NCBI GenBank assembly: GCA_964581115.1
Contig: CAZOMY010000001.1
Span: 105,874-169,873 of the forward strand
Reading direction: 5' to 3'
Source of the DNA: an uncultured Ignavibacteriaceae bacterium
GTDB taxonomy: Bacteria; Bacteroidota; Ignavibacteria; UBA10030
Length of the DNA: 64,000 nucleotides
Shown here: positions 30,364 to 39,620 of the stretch, in pieces
How the letters are laid out: each line of letters begins with the position of its first letter
Position numbering within the stretch: the first letter of the stretch is position 1
Translations under genes and position numbers: made by a program
The notes under the pieces: model-generated
The model's database searches: none
What the model saw: only the letters and a program-made list of their open reading frames with translations
What the model was told of the DNA's origin: nothing

Positions 30364-32175
30364 TCAATTCCGTCGTTCCAACGTCACGGTGACTGTCATG
30401 GTTTGACCCGCCCGACGCACGACCACGGGTACCTGGTCGCCCACCTTGTGCTCACCGAGAGCGTACGTGTAGTCGTAGAGATTCTTGATGTCAACCTTGC
30501 CGAATCTCAGGATCACGTCACCCGCCTGCAAACCCGCCTTCGCCGCAGGACTTCCCTCGCGGACGCCCGCCAACTTCATGCCCTCCGATTGCTCTCCGAA
30601 ATCGGGGATCGTCCCGGTGTAGACACGACTGCTGCGTCCGTCGCCGCCGCCCATCGGACGCGGCGGTTCCGCCTGCACATAGACCGGGCGCCCCGGCAGA
30701 TTCCCGAGGTCGCTGGCGACGGATGCGACAAGGTTCAACACCTGTCTGGTTCCTTCACCGTTGATCAACTGCCAGTCGTCTGACGGACGATGGTAGTCGC
30801 CATGCAGGTCGGTGAAGAAGTGAAGTACGGGGATCTTCTTGCTGTAGAAGGATGAATGGTCGCTCGGCCCGAATCCGTCCTTGTTCAGCTTAAGGACGAA
30901 CGACGAATCGGCATTGTGCGCCATCACCAGTGAATCGAGTCCGACGGCGGTGCCGACGCCGTAGACGATCAGCTTGCGGTCGGTCAGCCGGCCGATCATA
31001 TCCATGTTGATCATCGCTACCATGCGCGAAACCGGCGTTGTCGGGGCGTTCACGTAGGCCGAGGAGCCGAGGAGTCCCATCTCTTCGCCGGCAAAGGCAA
31101 GGAAGTACAACGTCCGCTTCGGACGGTTCTCAGGTCGTGCGAAGTACTGAGCCAGTTCCAACACGCCCGCCGTGCCCGAGGCATTGTCGTCGGCCCCGTT
31201 GTGAGGGGCAAGCGTGTCGGGACGGAGCGATCCTGAATCTTCTCCCCCCAGTCCCAGATGGTCGTAATGGGCGCCGATCACGATGATCTCGTCCTTGAGC
31301 GTCGGGTCGGAACCCTCGAGCAGCCCGACGACATTGTCGGCCCGGGCACGGACCAGCTCGACGTCGGCGCGCAGGTCGATCGTGACGTTGTCCAGCACGA
31401 TCGAGCGGGGCTGCTTCGAAGACATGATGGAATCCTGCAGGGCCTTCAGCGATTCACCGGCGTTCCGGAGCCATTCATCGACCACGCTACGACGCAACGA
31501 GATCACGGGTAGGTCGGCACTGCCTGCCTGCCGGTCGTAGGAGAGCTTCATCGGGTCGTCGCTGTCGGAATCCGCCGGACCCGTGATGATGATGACCGCA
31601 GCGGCTCCCTTCTCTTTGGCCTTGAGGACCTTCGCTCGAAGCGCCGTGCTGGCTTGGAATTCCTGAGGCGGCTTATCGCCCCACGGCGAATACCGCATGA
31701 CGATGACGGCTTTGCCCGTGACGTCAATCCCGGCGTAGTCATCGTAGCCGCGTTGCGGCATTGAGATCCCGTAGCCGGCGCACACCACACCCCCTTCGAA
31801 CGATGCCGACGCTGAGAAGCCGAGCGGTCTGAAATCCTCATTCACCCGCAGGGTCCTTCGTGTCGCGCCCAGCGTGGTTGCAAGCCGATTGTTGACGCCG
31901 AGCCTGGCCGTCGAAACAAATTCGAAGGCGTGGCGATAGGATCCATCCGCTCCGGCGGGGGCGACTCCAGACGCTCGCATGTGCCGCTCGATGTAGTCGG
32001 CGGCGGCGGCGCCACCGGGCGTTCCAGATCCGCGACCCTGCCACTCGTCCTGCGCGAGGACGCGGATATGGGCCATGACGTCGTCGGAGGTAATGGCCGG
32101 AGAGAATTGAGCTTGCGCGGCGGTGAGACCGACAACAAGAAGGAGAGCGGCAAGCCGCCGGTAACGGTGGTTCAT
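30364..32175 (-). CDS. Secreted M28-family peptidase with PA domain and C-terminal PDZ domain
   Basis: Has a signal peptide and M28 zinc ligands (HYDHLG, DDNASG, EEMGLLGS). The C-terminal region GMKLAGVREGSPAAKAGLQAGDVIL is PDZ-like. Confidence 0.8.
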   Translation of the reverse strand: MNHRYRRLAALLLVVGLTAAQAQFSPAITSDDVMAHIRVLAQDEWQGRGSGTPGGAAAADYIERHMRASGVAPAGADGSYRHAFEFVSTARLGVNNRLATTLGATRRTLRVNEDFRPLGFSASASFEGGVVCAGYGISMPQRGYDDYAGIDVTGKAVIVMRYSPWGDKPPQEFQASTALRAKVLKAKEKGAAAVIIITGPADSDSDDPMKLSYDRQAGSADLPVISLRRSVVDEWLRNAGESLKALQDSIMSSKQPRSIVLDNVTIDLRADVELVRARADNVVGLLEGSDPTLKDEIIVIGAHYDHLGLGGEDSGSLRPDTLAPHNGADDNASGTAGVLELAQYFARPENRPKRTLYFLAFAGEEMGLLGSSAYVNAPTTPVSRMVAMINMDMIGRLTDRKLIVYGVGTAVGLDSLVMAHNADSSFVLKLNKDGFGPSDHSSFYSKKIPVLHFFTDLHGDYHRPSDDWQLINGEGTRQVLNLVASVASDLGNLPGRPVYVQAEPPRPMGGGDGRSSRVYTGTIPDFGEQSEGMKLAGVREGSPAAKAGLQAGDVILRFGKVDIKNLYDYTYALGEHKVGDQVPVVVRRAGQTMTVTVTLERRN

Positions 32176-32906
32176 GTGCGTGCCTGTGGATTGGCGATGT
32201 ACGTGGCAGCGTCGAACGCTTGGCCTGAGATCCCCTTGCCGTCGTCCGAAGCGAGATAGACAAACACTTCCGTGAGCTGTTCCGGTGTGCGGAGTGTTGC
32301 CGGATCCTCCTGAGGATAGGCCAGCCGCCGCATTTCGGTGGCCATCGGACCCGGATTCACCGAGTTGACGCGGATGTTGAAGGGTTTGAGCTCTTCCGCG
32401 AGTACCTGCGTCAATCCTTCAATGGCGAATTTTGACACGGCGTAGGCTCCCCATTGCTTGCGGCCCGTACGGCCCACCGATGAGCTTACGTTGATCACGG
32501 CGCCGGCGCCGCGACTCATCATCGATGGAACGAGCGCTCTCGTGAGGAAGAACGTCCCGTGGACGTTCGTTTGGATCACCTCATCCCACTCTTTGAGCGG
32601 ATATTCCGCGATCGGAACCCTGGGGCCAAGCATGGATGCATTATTGATCAGGATGTCGACGTGCTTCCGGGCGGCGATCGTTTGTTCGGCGAACGCGCGG
32701 ACGCTCTGCGAATCGGAAATGTCGCAGGGCAGGGCAATGACGTCGGCTCCACGGGCGGTCAGGTCGGCCTGAAGAGACTCCAGCAGCCGTATCGAGCGAG
32801 CACAGACGGTGAGCAGGGCTCCTTCCGCAGCGAACCGGATGGCGAGGGCCCGGCCCAGACCTTTTGATGCGCCGCTGATGACGACGTGCTTTCCCTTGAG
32901 CTTCAT
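32172..32906 (-). CDS. Short-chain dehydrogenase/reductase
   Basis: KHVVISGASKGLGRA (TGxxxGxG) and YAVSKFAIEG (YxxxK). Start placed at MKLKGK; the listed ORF has a 43-codon upstream extension overlapping the next gene. Confidence 0.8.
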   Translation of the reverse strand: MKLKGKHVVISGASKGLGRALAIRFAAEGALLTVCARSIRLLESLQADLTARGADVIALPCDISDSQSVRAFAEQTIAARKHVDILINNASMLGPRVPIAEYPLKEWDEVIQTNVHGTFFLTRALVPSMMSRGAGAVINVSSSVGRTGRKQWGAYAVSKFAIEGLTQVLAEELKPFNIRVNSVNPGPMATEMRRLAYPQEDPATLRTPEQLTEVFVYLASDDGKGISGQAFDAATYIANPQART

Positions 32907-32910
32907 CCCG

Positions 32911-33951
32911 TCATTCCACCCAATCGGCAATGAAGATGTTGAATTCATAGCGTCCCTTCGCATTCCGGTCTGACACGAAGACGACCTTCGTTCCGTCGCG
33001 ATTGAACATCGGGAAGGAATTGAACGTGCCGCCATGGGTGACCTGCTCCAGACCCGTGCCGTCGTCGTTGATCAGATAGATTTGGAACGTGCGTCCCTTC
33101 GGGTCGCTGAGGTTTGAGGCGAAGGCGATGCGACGGTCTGATGGATGGAAGAATGGAGCGAAATTAGCAGCCCCATTGCTCGTCAGCTGGCGGCGCTGCG
33201 AGCCGTCGACGTTGATCGTGAAGATTTCCATACGGGTCGGCCGCACGAGTTGTTCGGCCAGTAATGCCTTGTACTCCGCGATGCCGGCACTGTCGGTGTG
33301 ATGGTAGCCGCGATACACCAGTCGCGTTGCGCTCCACGAAAAGAACGCCCCGCCATCATAGCCCGGGTCGTTCGTCACGCGCCGGACGTCGGACCCGTCG
33401 ATGTTCATCGTGTAGAGGTCCAGGTCTCCGTCGCGCGACGATGTAAAGACGATCCGGTCGCCCTTGGGAGATACCGTGGCTTCGGCGTCATATGCCGGCG
33501 TGGCCGAGAGGACCCGCAGGTCCGAACCGTCGGCGTTCACCGTATAGAGATCGTAGGCGCCGTAGACGCCCCATACATAGCCCTTCGATTTGTCAGGACG
33601 GGGAATACAGTCGGGCGACGCGGCGTGCGTGCTCGCATAGACGAGTCGGCGGTCGCCGGGTAGGAAGTAGGCGCAGGTCGTGACCCCCTTGCCAGTGCTC
33701 ACCAGACGCTGTTCGCTGCCGTCCAGGTTCATGGTGAAGATCTGATCACATCCGAAGGGTTCGCGCGTCGATTGAAAGGAGAGTTTGGTGAAGTCGTGCG
33801 AAAAGTACGCTTCGGCATTCGTGCCGCCAAAGGTCAGCTGACGGATGTTCCGCAGTCGATGTTCCAATGGATGACGGAGCGGATCGGCTTCCTGGCCAGA
33901 GGCCGATAGCGTCGCGATCACCAGCGTCAACAGCAATCTGAATCGTGTCAT
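32911..33951 (-). CDS. Secreted TolB-like beta-propeller (PD40 repeat) protein
   Basis: Signal peptide plus repeated PD40-like units (DGSDLRVLS, SPKGDRIVFTSSRDGDLDLY, DGSDVRRVT, SDRRIAFASN, RDGTKVVFVSDRN). Confidence 0.75.
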   Translation of the reverse strand: MTRFRLLLTLVIATLSASGQEADPLRHPLEHRLRNIRQLTFGGTNAEAYFSHDFTKLSFQSTREPFGCDQIFTMNLDGSEQRLVSTGKGVTTCAYFLPGDRRLVYASTHAASPDCIPRPDKSKGYVWGVYGAYDLYTVNADGSDLRVLSATPAYDAEATVSPKGDRIVFTSSRDGDLDLYTMNIDGSDVRRVTNDPGYDGGAFFSWSATRLVYRGYHHTDSAGIAEYKALLAEQLVRPTRMEIFTINVDGSQRRQLTSNGAANFAPFFHPSDRRIAFASNLSDPKGRTFQIYLINDDGTGLEQVTHGGTFNSFPMFNRDGTKVVFVSDRNAKGRYEFNIFIADWVE

Positions 33952-33987
33952 GACATCTGAAGGTGGTAATGGATGAGTGCGTCGTTG

Positions 33988-34281
33988 TCAGCAGGTGCCC
34001 GTCGACAACCGGGTCCCATCGTGCAGGTCCATGATCTCCGCGATCGCATCCAAGCGTAGCTCGATGGCAGTCTTCTCATTCTCAGGAATGAAAAGACAGA
34101 ATTCCTCGTTTCCGCGGGCAAAGACATCTGTAACGAGGCCGGTCCTTTCCGTGCCGTCGCCCATGCGAAGCCGCACGGGATGCTTCCGCAAGGAAGCTGC
34201 TTCGAACAGATCATAGGTCCCACACGCGATCGCTCGGTAGGGGAGCTTCTGAAGATCCATAGCTCGCAGGATCGAAGGCAA
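33988..34281 (-). CDS. Rof/YaeO-family protein (Rho-binding antiterminator-like)
   Basis: Y-x-x-I-x-C-x-x-YD...DG...ELRLD-x-I spacing matches E. coli Rof (YQPINCDDYD...ELRLDKI). Confidence 0.5.
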   Translation of the reverse strand: MPSILRAMDLQKLPYRAIACGTYDLFEAASLRKHPVRLRMGDGTERTGLVTDVFARGNEEFCLFIPENEKTAIELRLDAIAEIMDLHDGTRLSTGTC

Positions 34282-34298
34282 ATGATGAAGGACTTGCT

Positions 34299-34847
34299 TT
34301 ATCGCGGCAGAGCCGAGAGCACAGCTTGCAGTGCTTCGAAATCGGCGTCATCCCGGACGGAGTAGTCGAGGTCGGCGTAAACAATCCGGCCTTGTCGGTC
34401 CACCACGAACACGGTCCGTCGGTTGTATCCGGTCGAAGGATTGTAGCTATGGTATGCCTTCGCCACGGCGTGATCGTGGTCGCTCAGCAGACGGAAGGGA
34501 AGGTCGAGTTCCTTGGCCCAGGCATGGTGTGAATAGACATAGTCGCCGCTGATCGCCAGCACGTCGACGTCCAGGCGCTTAAATGTGGCAATGTCGTCCC
34601 GGAAGCTGCACACTTCCCGCGTGCATCCACCGCTCCAGTCAGCGGGGTAGAAGGCGAGCAGGACCCTGCGCTTGGCGACGTGCGTTGCGAGTTGCAGCGG
34701 AGAGAAGGCGATCGAGTCGCGGGTGGCGTATCGCAGGGAGAAGTCGGGCGCCTGTTGGCCCACCTCGATCTGGGCCTGGGCGAGGGACGCCGTGAAGACG
34801 ATCGGCCAAAGAGCGGCCCAGCGATGGGGTCTTGTTGTGGAGTTCAT
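34299..34847 (-). CDS. Secreted redoxin/peroxiredoxin (AhpC/TSA family)
   Basis: Signal peptide. APDFSL...LLAFYPADWSGGCT is a peroxidatic Cys motif. Confidence 0.75.
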   Translation of the reverse strand: MNSTTRPHRWAALWPIVFTASLAQAQIEVGQQAPDFSLRYATRDSIAFSPLQLATHVAKRRVLLAFYPADWSGGCTREVCSFRDDIATFKRLDVDVLAISGDYVYSHHAWAKELDLPFRLLSDHDHAVAKAYHSYNPSTGYNRRTVFVVDRQGRIVYADLDYSVRDDADFEALQAVLSALPR

Positions 34848-34918
34848 GTATCAAAAATACGCCACGATCACCGCAGAAGCAAAGGGAGTGGTAATGCCTG
34901 CAGAAGCGGGAGTCCCGG

Positions 34919-34947
34919 TTGCAGTTCAGTCCGTCGGGCGCTATATT
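34919..34947 (+). promoter_or_regulatory. Sigma70-like promoter TTGCAG-17nt-TATATT
   Basis: Located in the 535-nt gap. It is oriented toward the small ORF and the TonB-dependent receptor. Confidence 0.4.
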
Positions 34948-34985
34948 TTGTTATGGTACGTCATTTCGAACGCACGAGTGTGGTG

Positions 34986-35294
34986 ATGTTGATCGCGTTG
35001 GTGCTCGGGGTCACCGAGGCCTCGCTGATCCATCACCATCCGTTCCGCATTTGGCCCGTGGCGGCGGAAGCACTCATGGCGAACGATGCCAACGCCTCCG
35101 CGGGGGGGCGTTCTGCGATCGTCGGCCATGTCTGTGCCCTGTGTGTCGTCGGACTCCAAGGGATGGAACCGCCGACGGCAACGAGCCGCGTTCCCGCCTC
35201 ACCGACTCCATCGCCGTTGGCGGACCCGCCGACGGTCATCGACCTCTCAACCTGCACCGGCTCAAACTCGAAACGCGGCCCGCCCGCAGCTTGA
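34986..35294 (+). CDS. Candidate small single-pass membrane protein with HHH and Pro-rich segments
   Basis: MLIALVLGVTEASLIHHHPF... then HVCALC... then SPTPSPLADPP. GC3 in this frame is about 75%, which is coding-like. An alternative start lies at 34953. It may not be translated. Confidence 0.25.
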   Translation: MLIALVLGVTEASLIHHHPFRIWPVAAEALMANDANASAGGRSAIVGHVCALCVVGLQGMEPPTATSRVPASPTPSPLADPPTVIDLSTCTGSNSKRGPPAA

Positions 35295-35382
35295 GCATAC
35301 CCGTGTCTTGAACCCCGCGCACGCCCGGACGTATCGGTCCGTGGTCCGTCGCGCCGCTGTTGCATCACGTCCACTTCATCCC

Positions 35383-37707
35383 ATGCGATCGATCATCGTG
35401 GCGATCGTTGGTCTGACATTGTCCGTGTGTCCATCGCTCACGGGTCAACCATCGATGACATATCGTCTTTCGGGCGTCGTGCGCGATAGCGCCACCGGCT
35501 CGCCGCTGGATGGAGCAAGCGTGTACGTCGTTCACGCTCGATCGGGCACTCTTACGGATGTCGACGGGCGGTTCGACTTCCCCGCCCTGCAGAGCGGACG
35601 CCATGAGATCATCGTGCGGATGGTGGGATACGCCGAAGCGCGTCGAACGTTCGTGCTCGCCGCGAATGCCGAGCTGGAGTTCCCATTGATCCAGGTCGAC
35701 ATTGCGATGAAGGGATTGACCATCACGGGCGCCATGGATAAGGCGGGGTTGATGGGTTCGAATCGTGCCATCAGCGTGGTCGGCGCCGACGATCTTCATC
35801 GCCTGCGCGGTCAGACCCTAGGCGAAGCGCTGGACCATCTGCCAGGGGTCACGTTGATCTCGACCGGTCCCTCGATCACCAAGCCCGTCATCCGCGGCCT
35901 GCATAGTCAGCGGATCGTGCTGTTGAATGCCGACCTCCGACAAGAAGGGCAACAGTGGGGCGCAGAACATGCACCCGAGATCGACCCCTTCGCCGGAGAA
36001 GGCATCGAGGTCGTCAAGGGCCCCGCGAGCGTTGAGTACGGGGCGGAGGCGATCGGTGGCGTGGTGCGTATCATTCCGCGAGAGCTGCGACGTGTGCGGG
36101 GACATGAGGCAGAATTTCATCTGAGTGCCTTTTCCAACAATGCTCAAGGTGCTATGTCGGGTTGGGTGGAAGGAGCCTCCGACGTTCTCTCGGGACTCGC
36201 CTGGCGATTGCAGGGAAGTGCGCGACGAGCGGGAGATGCACGGGCGCCTTCGTACGGACTTGCCAACACCGCCTTCGCAGAGCTGGACGGTGCGCTGACG
36301 TTCGGCTACGTCTTCGAAACGGGCGAGGTCTCGGCGCACCTGAGCCGATTCACGACGGAGTTGGGCGTTTTCCAGGGCTCGCATATCGGCAATGTCACGG
36401 ACCTTCGTCGGGCGATCGCAAGCGAACGTCCGCTCGTGGAACGACCGTTCAGCTATGAGATCACGATGCCGAAGCAGGTCATCAGCCACGACCTCGCGGC
36501 CTTTCGGGCACGAACAACGCTTGCGGGCGTCGGCTCGCTCGACGTACGGCTGGGACGACAGCAGAATCACCGGCGGGAGTATGACGCCTTGCGGATCTTC
36601 GGGCAACTGCAGACGAGGCCCGGCTTCGACCTGACGCTCACGAGCACGACGGCGGATGTGAAGCTAATGCATGTACCGGTGGGGTCGTTGACGGGAACGA
36701 TCGGGTTGAGCGGCACCCGGCAGGGGAACGTGAGCGAGGGCACGACGCGACTGATACCGAATTTCCGCGCCCACAACGCCGGCCTGTTTATGATCGAGGA
36801 ATGGAGTCGCGAAGCGCTCCGCGTGTCGGGCGGTGCGCGTGTGGACTGGAGACAACTCGACGTCTATCGCTTCTCAGGCGTTGCCGTCGAAAAGACCACA
36901 GCGACGTATTCGAACGTAACCGGTGCGCTGGGAGCACAGTGGCAATTCCATCCGACGTGGTCTTTGGGGGCGAATCTTGGGAGCGCTTGGCGTCCGCCAA
37001 GCCTGAACGAGCTCTACAGCGATGGCGTCCATCATGGCTCAGCCCAGTATGAGATCGGCGACCCCACGCTTCAGAACGAGCGGAGCACGTCGCTCGACAT
37101 AACGGTCCGGCATATCGGCGATCGAGCCCATGTTGACGCTAGTCTCTTCCTCAACAGGATCAATGGCTTCATTTCGCTCTTCCCGAGGCCCGAGCCCACG
37201 CTGACGGTCCGGGGCGCATTCCCGACCTTTCGGTACCGCCAGGATGATGTCGTCATGCACGGCGTCGACGGCTCTGTGGAGTGGCACGTCTCCGGCCTCA
37301 TGCGATTGGGCCTGACGCTCTCTGCCGTTCGCGGAACGCTGGTGTGGACGAAGGAGCCGATGCTCTTTGTGCCCGGCGATCGGGGGAGATTTCTCATCCA
37401 CATCGAACTGCCGGATCGCTGGGGCCTGACCGGCTCGTATCTCGAAACCACGGTGACCGCAGTGCGCCGCCAGACCCGCTTTCCCGTCAACGTCGATTAT
37501 GCCGACCCTCCACCCGGCTACGCCTTGCTCGACATCGAGACCGGCACGCACCTGCATTGGGGAGAGCAGGTCATCGATCTGACATTGTCCGTCCGGAACG
37601 TTCTCGATACGGCGTTCCGCGATTATCTCAGTCGTTACCGCTACTTCACGGATGACCCCGGTCGATCCTTCGTTGTACGCGTGAGCACCAGATGGGGTCG
37701 CCCGTGA
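35383..37707 (+). CDS. TonB-dependent outer-membrane receptor with N-terminal CarboxypepD_reg-like domain
   Basis: Signal peptide, then a YRLSGVVRDSATGSPLDGASVYVV carboxypeptidase-regulatory-like domain, a plug, and a beta-barrel ending ...RVSTRWGRP. The listed ORF start at 35086 is an upstream artefact. Confidence 0.85.
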   Translation: MRSIIVAIVGLTLSVCPSLTGQPSMTYRLSGVVRDSATGSPLDGASVYVVHARSGTLTDVDGRFDFPALQSGRHEIIVRMVGYAEARRTFVLAANAELEFPLIQVDIAMKGLTITGAMDKAGLMGSNRAISVVGADDLHRLRGQTLGEALDHLPGVTLISTGPSITKPVIRGLHSQRIVLLNADLRQEGQQWGAEHAPEIDPFAGEGIEVVKGPASVEYGAEAIGGVVRIIPRELRRVRGHEAEFHLSAFSNNAQGAMSGWVEGASDVLSGLAWRLQGSARRAGDARAPSYGLANTAFAELDGALTFGYVFETGEVSAHLSRFTTELGVFQGSHIGNVTDLRRAIASERPLVERPFSYEITMPKQVISHDLAAFRARTTLAGVGSLDVRLGRQQNHRREYDALRIFGQLQTRPGFDLTLTSTTADVKLMHVPVGSLTGTIGLSGTRQGNVSEGTTRLIPNFRAHNAGLFMIEEWSREALRVSGGARVDWRQLDVYRFSGVAVEKTTATYSNVTGALGAQWQFHPTWSLGANLGSAWRPPSLNELYSDGVHHGSAQYEIGDPTLQNERSTSLDITVRHIGDRAHVDASLFLNRINGFISLFPRPEPTLTVRGAFPTFRYRQDDVVMHGVDGSVEWHVSGLMRLGLTLSAVRGTLVWTKEPMLFVPGDRGRFLIHIELPDRWGLTGSYLETTVTAVRRQTRFPVNVDYADPPPGYALLDIETGTHLHWGEQVIDLTLSVRNVLDTAFRDYLSRYRYFTDDPGRSFVVRVSTRWGRP

Positions 37708-37749
37708 GCGTCGCAGATCACTCAATCAGACTTTCATCGGAGAATATCC

Positions 37750-38313
37750 ATGCGTAACGTCTTCATCATCCTCCTGTTGAGCAGCCTCTACCTGATCCCC
37801 GCGTGCAACGAGAAGGATCCGACTTCACCGGAAAACGAACTCGAGCATGAGGTCATCACATCGATCACCCTCGTCCTCCGCGACTCTGTGACATCGGCGG
37901 CACGAACGGCCTCCTGGAGAGACGCCGACGGGCCCGGAGGTGCTGCACCTGTCGCCGATACGCTCGTCCTTGCCCCTGGCCGGACCTATCTTGGCGCCAT
38001 CGTTCTTTTGAATGAGTCGGTTACGCCGACCGATACGCTCAATCACGAGATCGAGGGACAAGCCGATCAACACCAATTCTTCTATACTCCCACGGGAGGC
38101 CTCGTGGGGACTGTCACCATTGATCGTACCGACCGCGACACGAACATTCCGCCTTTGCCGGTCGGTCTTGAGTTCAAGGTCCGGACGTCGCCGGGCGGAC
38201 CTTTCAACGGCGGGATCAACATCGTTCTGAGCCACTACGAGGGCATTCCGAAGACTGCTGCGCCCGGGCCAGAGACTGATATTGACGTCACGATCGCCAC
38301 GCGGGTGCAATGA
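37750..38313 (+). CDS. Lipoprotein of unknown function
   Basis: Lipobox LIPAC; 187 aa with no recognised motifs. It may be an accessory partner of the upstream receptor. Confidence 0.55.
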   Translation: MRNVFIILLLSSLYLIPACNEKDPTSPENELEHEVITSITLVLRDSVTSAARTASWRDADGPGGAAPVADTLVLAPGRTYLGAIVLLNESVTPTDTLNHEIEGQADQHQFFYTPTGGLVGTVTIDRTDRDTNIPPLPVGLEFKVRTSPGGPFNGGINIVLSHYEGIPKTAAPGPETDIDVTIATRVQ

Positions 38314-39035
38314 TGCAAACCTCGGTGGAACAGGGAGCCATGCTGAGCGGTCGGCGTGTCGTTGTAGTCGGAGGCTCCGGCGCGGTCGGTTTGGAGGTGG
38401 TGAAGCATGCGGCCGCTTCGGGCGCGAAGGTGTTCGCCAGTCATGGTCCCGGCCGTGAGGATGTCGCACCTGGCGGAGACATCCGTTGGTCCCGCATCGA
38501 TGTCACGCAGGAATCCACGGTCGTGCAATTCTTCGAGGAAGCGAAGAGGCTGCTGGGCTCGGTGGACGTGGTCATCAACACGGTGGGTACGTATGCCGGG
38601 GGAGATCCCGTTGCGACACTCCCTGCCGACGTCTGGGATCGACTGATGACCTTGAATCTTCGTTCGGCATTTCTGGTCATGCGTGAGGCCATCAGAACGA
38701 TGAACGGTCAGTCGTACGGACGGATCATTCAGATCGCAGCACTGTCGGCTCTTGAACCTTCACAAGGCTCAGCGGCGTATGCAGTCTCGAAGGCCGCCAT
38801 GGTCCATCTGGCTGAGATCGCCGCGCGGGAGACGGCAAACAGCGGGATCACGATCCACTCGATCGCTCCCCGGATCATCGACACGCCCGCGAATCGACGC
38901 GACATGCCAGGGGCCGACCGCTCGACTTGGGTACAGCCCTCAGAGATCTGCAAGGCGATCGATCGGCTTTGCGATCCGGCCATGACCCTCTCGGGCATGA
39001 CGGTCCGATTGCCGGGAGGCGGCGTCGCTGAATGA
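38310..39035 (+). CDS. SDR family oxidoreductase
   Basis: VVVGGSGAVG Rossmann motif and YAVSKAA catalytic YxxxK. Confidence 0.8.
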   Translation: MMQTSVEQGAMLSGRRVVVVGGSGAVGLEVVKHAAASGAKVFASHGPGREDVAPGGDIRWSRIDVTQESTVVQFFEEAKRLLGSVDVVINTVGTYAGGDPVATLPADVWDRLMTLNLRSAFLVMREAIRTMNGQSYGRIIQIAALSALEPSQGSAAYAVSKAAMVHLAEIAARETANSGITIHSIAPRIIDTPANRRDMPGADRSTWVQPSEICKAIDRLCDPAMTLSGMTVRLPGGGVAE

Positions 39036-39054
39036 CGCAGGAACCAACTGTCCG

Positions 39055-39100
39055 GGCCCGTCCGAACTCGCAAGGGAACGGATGGGCCTTTGTTATTCTT
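39055..39100 (+). terminator. Intrinsic terminator
   Basis: 10-bp stem GGCCCGTCCG/CGGATGGGCC with one G:U pair and a 14-nt loop, followed by TTTGTTATTCTT. Confidence 0.5.
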
Positions 39101-39152
39101 GTGCGTGGAATCAATGGAAATTCCGGACAGCTTTGCGTATTTTAAATGAAAT

Positions 39153-39620
39153 TTGAAGACCTGCGACATGACCCTTACGGAACGCATCAACGACGACATC
39201 AAGGCCGCCATGAGATCAGGCGACCAGGTTCGGTTGAACACGGTCCGCTCCATTCGTGCGGTGCTCATTGAACTCTCCAAGCGGGGAACGGGAGCCATCA
39301 CGCCCGACGAAGAAGTCCAGGCGTTGATCGCCGCCGCCAAGAAGCGGAAGGAGGCGATCGAGATGTACGAGAAGGCTGGGCGCAAGGACCTCGCCGACAC
39401 CGAACGTCAGGAGCTGGCGGTCATTCAAGGATACCTTCCACAACAACTGACGCGCGAAGAGGCCGAGGCCGTAATCCGTCGTGTGATCGCCGACACCGGG
39501 GCCTCAGGACCCAAGGACATGGGCAAGGTGATGGGGCCGGTGATGAAGGAATTAAAGGGTAGGATCGACGGAGCGGTCATCCAAGAGCTGGTCAAGTCGA
39601 AGCTGGGGAGCGGAGCGTGA
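39153..39620 (+). CDS. yqeY: GatB/YqeY domain protein
   Basis: LTERINDDIKAAMRSGDQVRLNTVRSIRA matches the YqeY family. Start may be at 39168. Confidence 0.8.
   Translation: MKTCDMTLTERINDDIKAAMRSGDQVRLNTVRSIRAVLIELSKRGTGAITPDEEVQALIAAAKKRKEAIEMYEKAGRKDLADTERQELAVIQGYLPQQLTREEAEAVIRRVIADTGASGPKDMGKVMGPVMKELKGRIDGAVIQELVKSKLGSGA

Noticed and set aside
34953-35380. Cobalamin or other riboswitch upstream of the TonB-dependent receptor
   Set aside because: I looked for a B12 box (GCCACTG) and GGGAAGG-type elements and did not find them. A covariance-model scan is still needed.
35086-35382. Upstream 99-codon extension of the TonB receptor ORF
   Set aside because: The extension lacks a signal peptide and is Arg-rich. 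The receptor plausibly starts at MRSIIVAIVGLTL (35383), which is a signal peptide.
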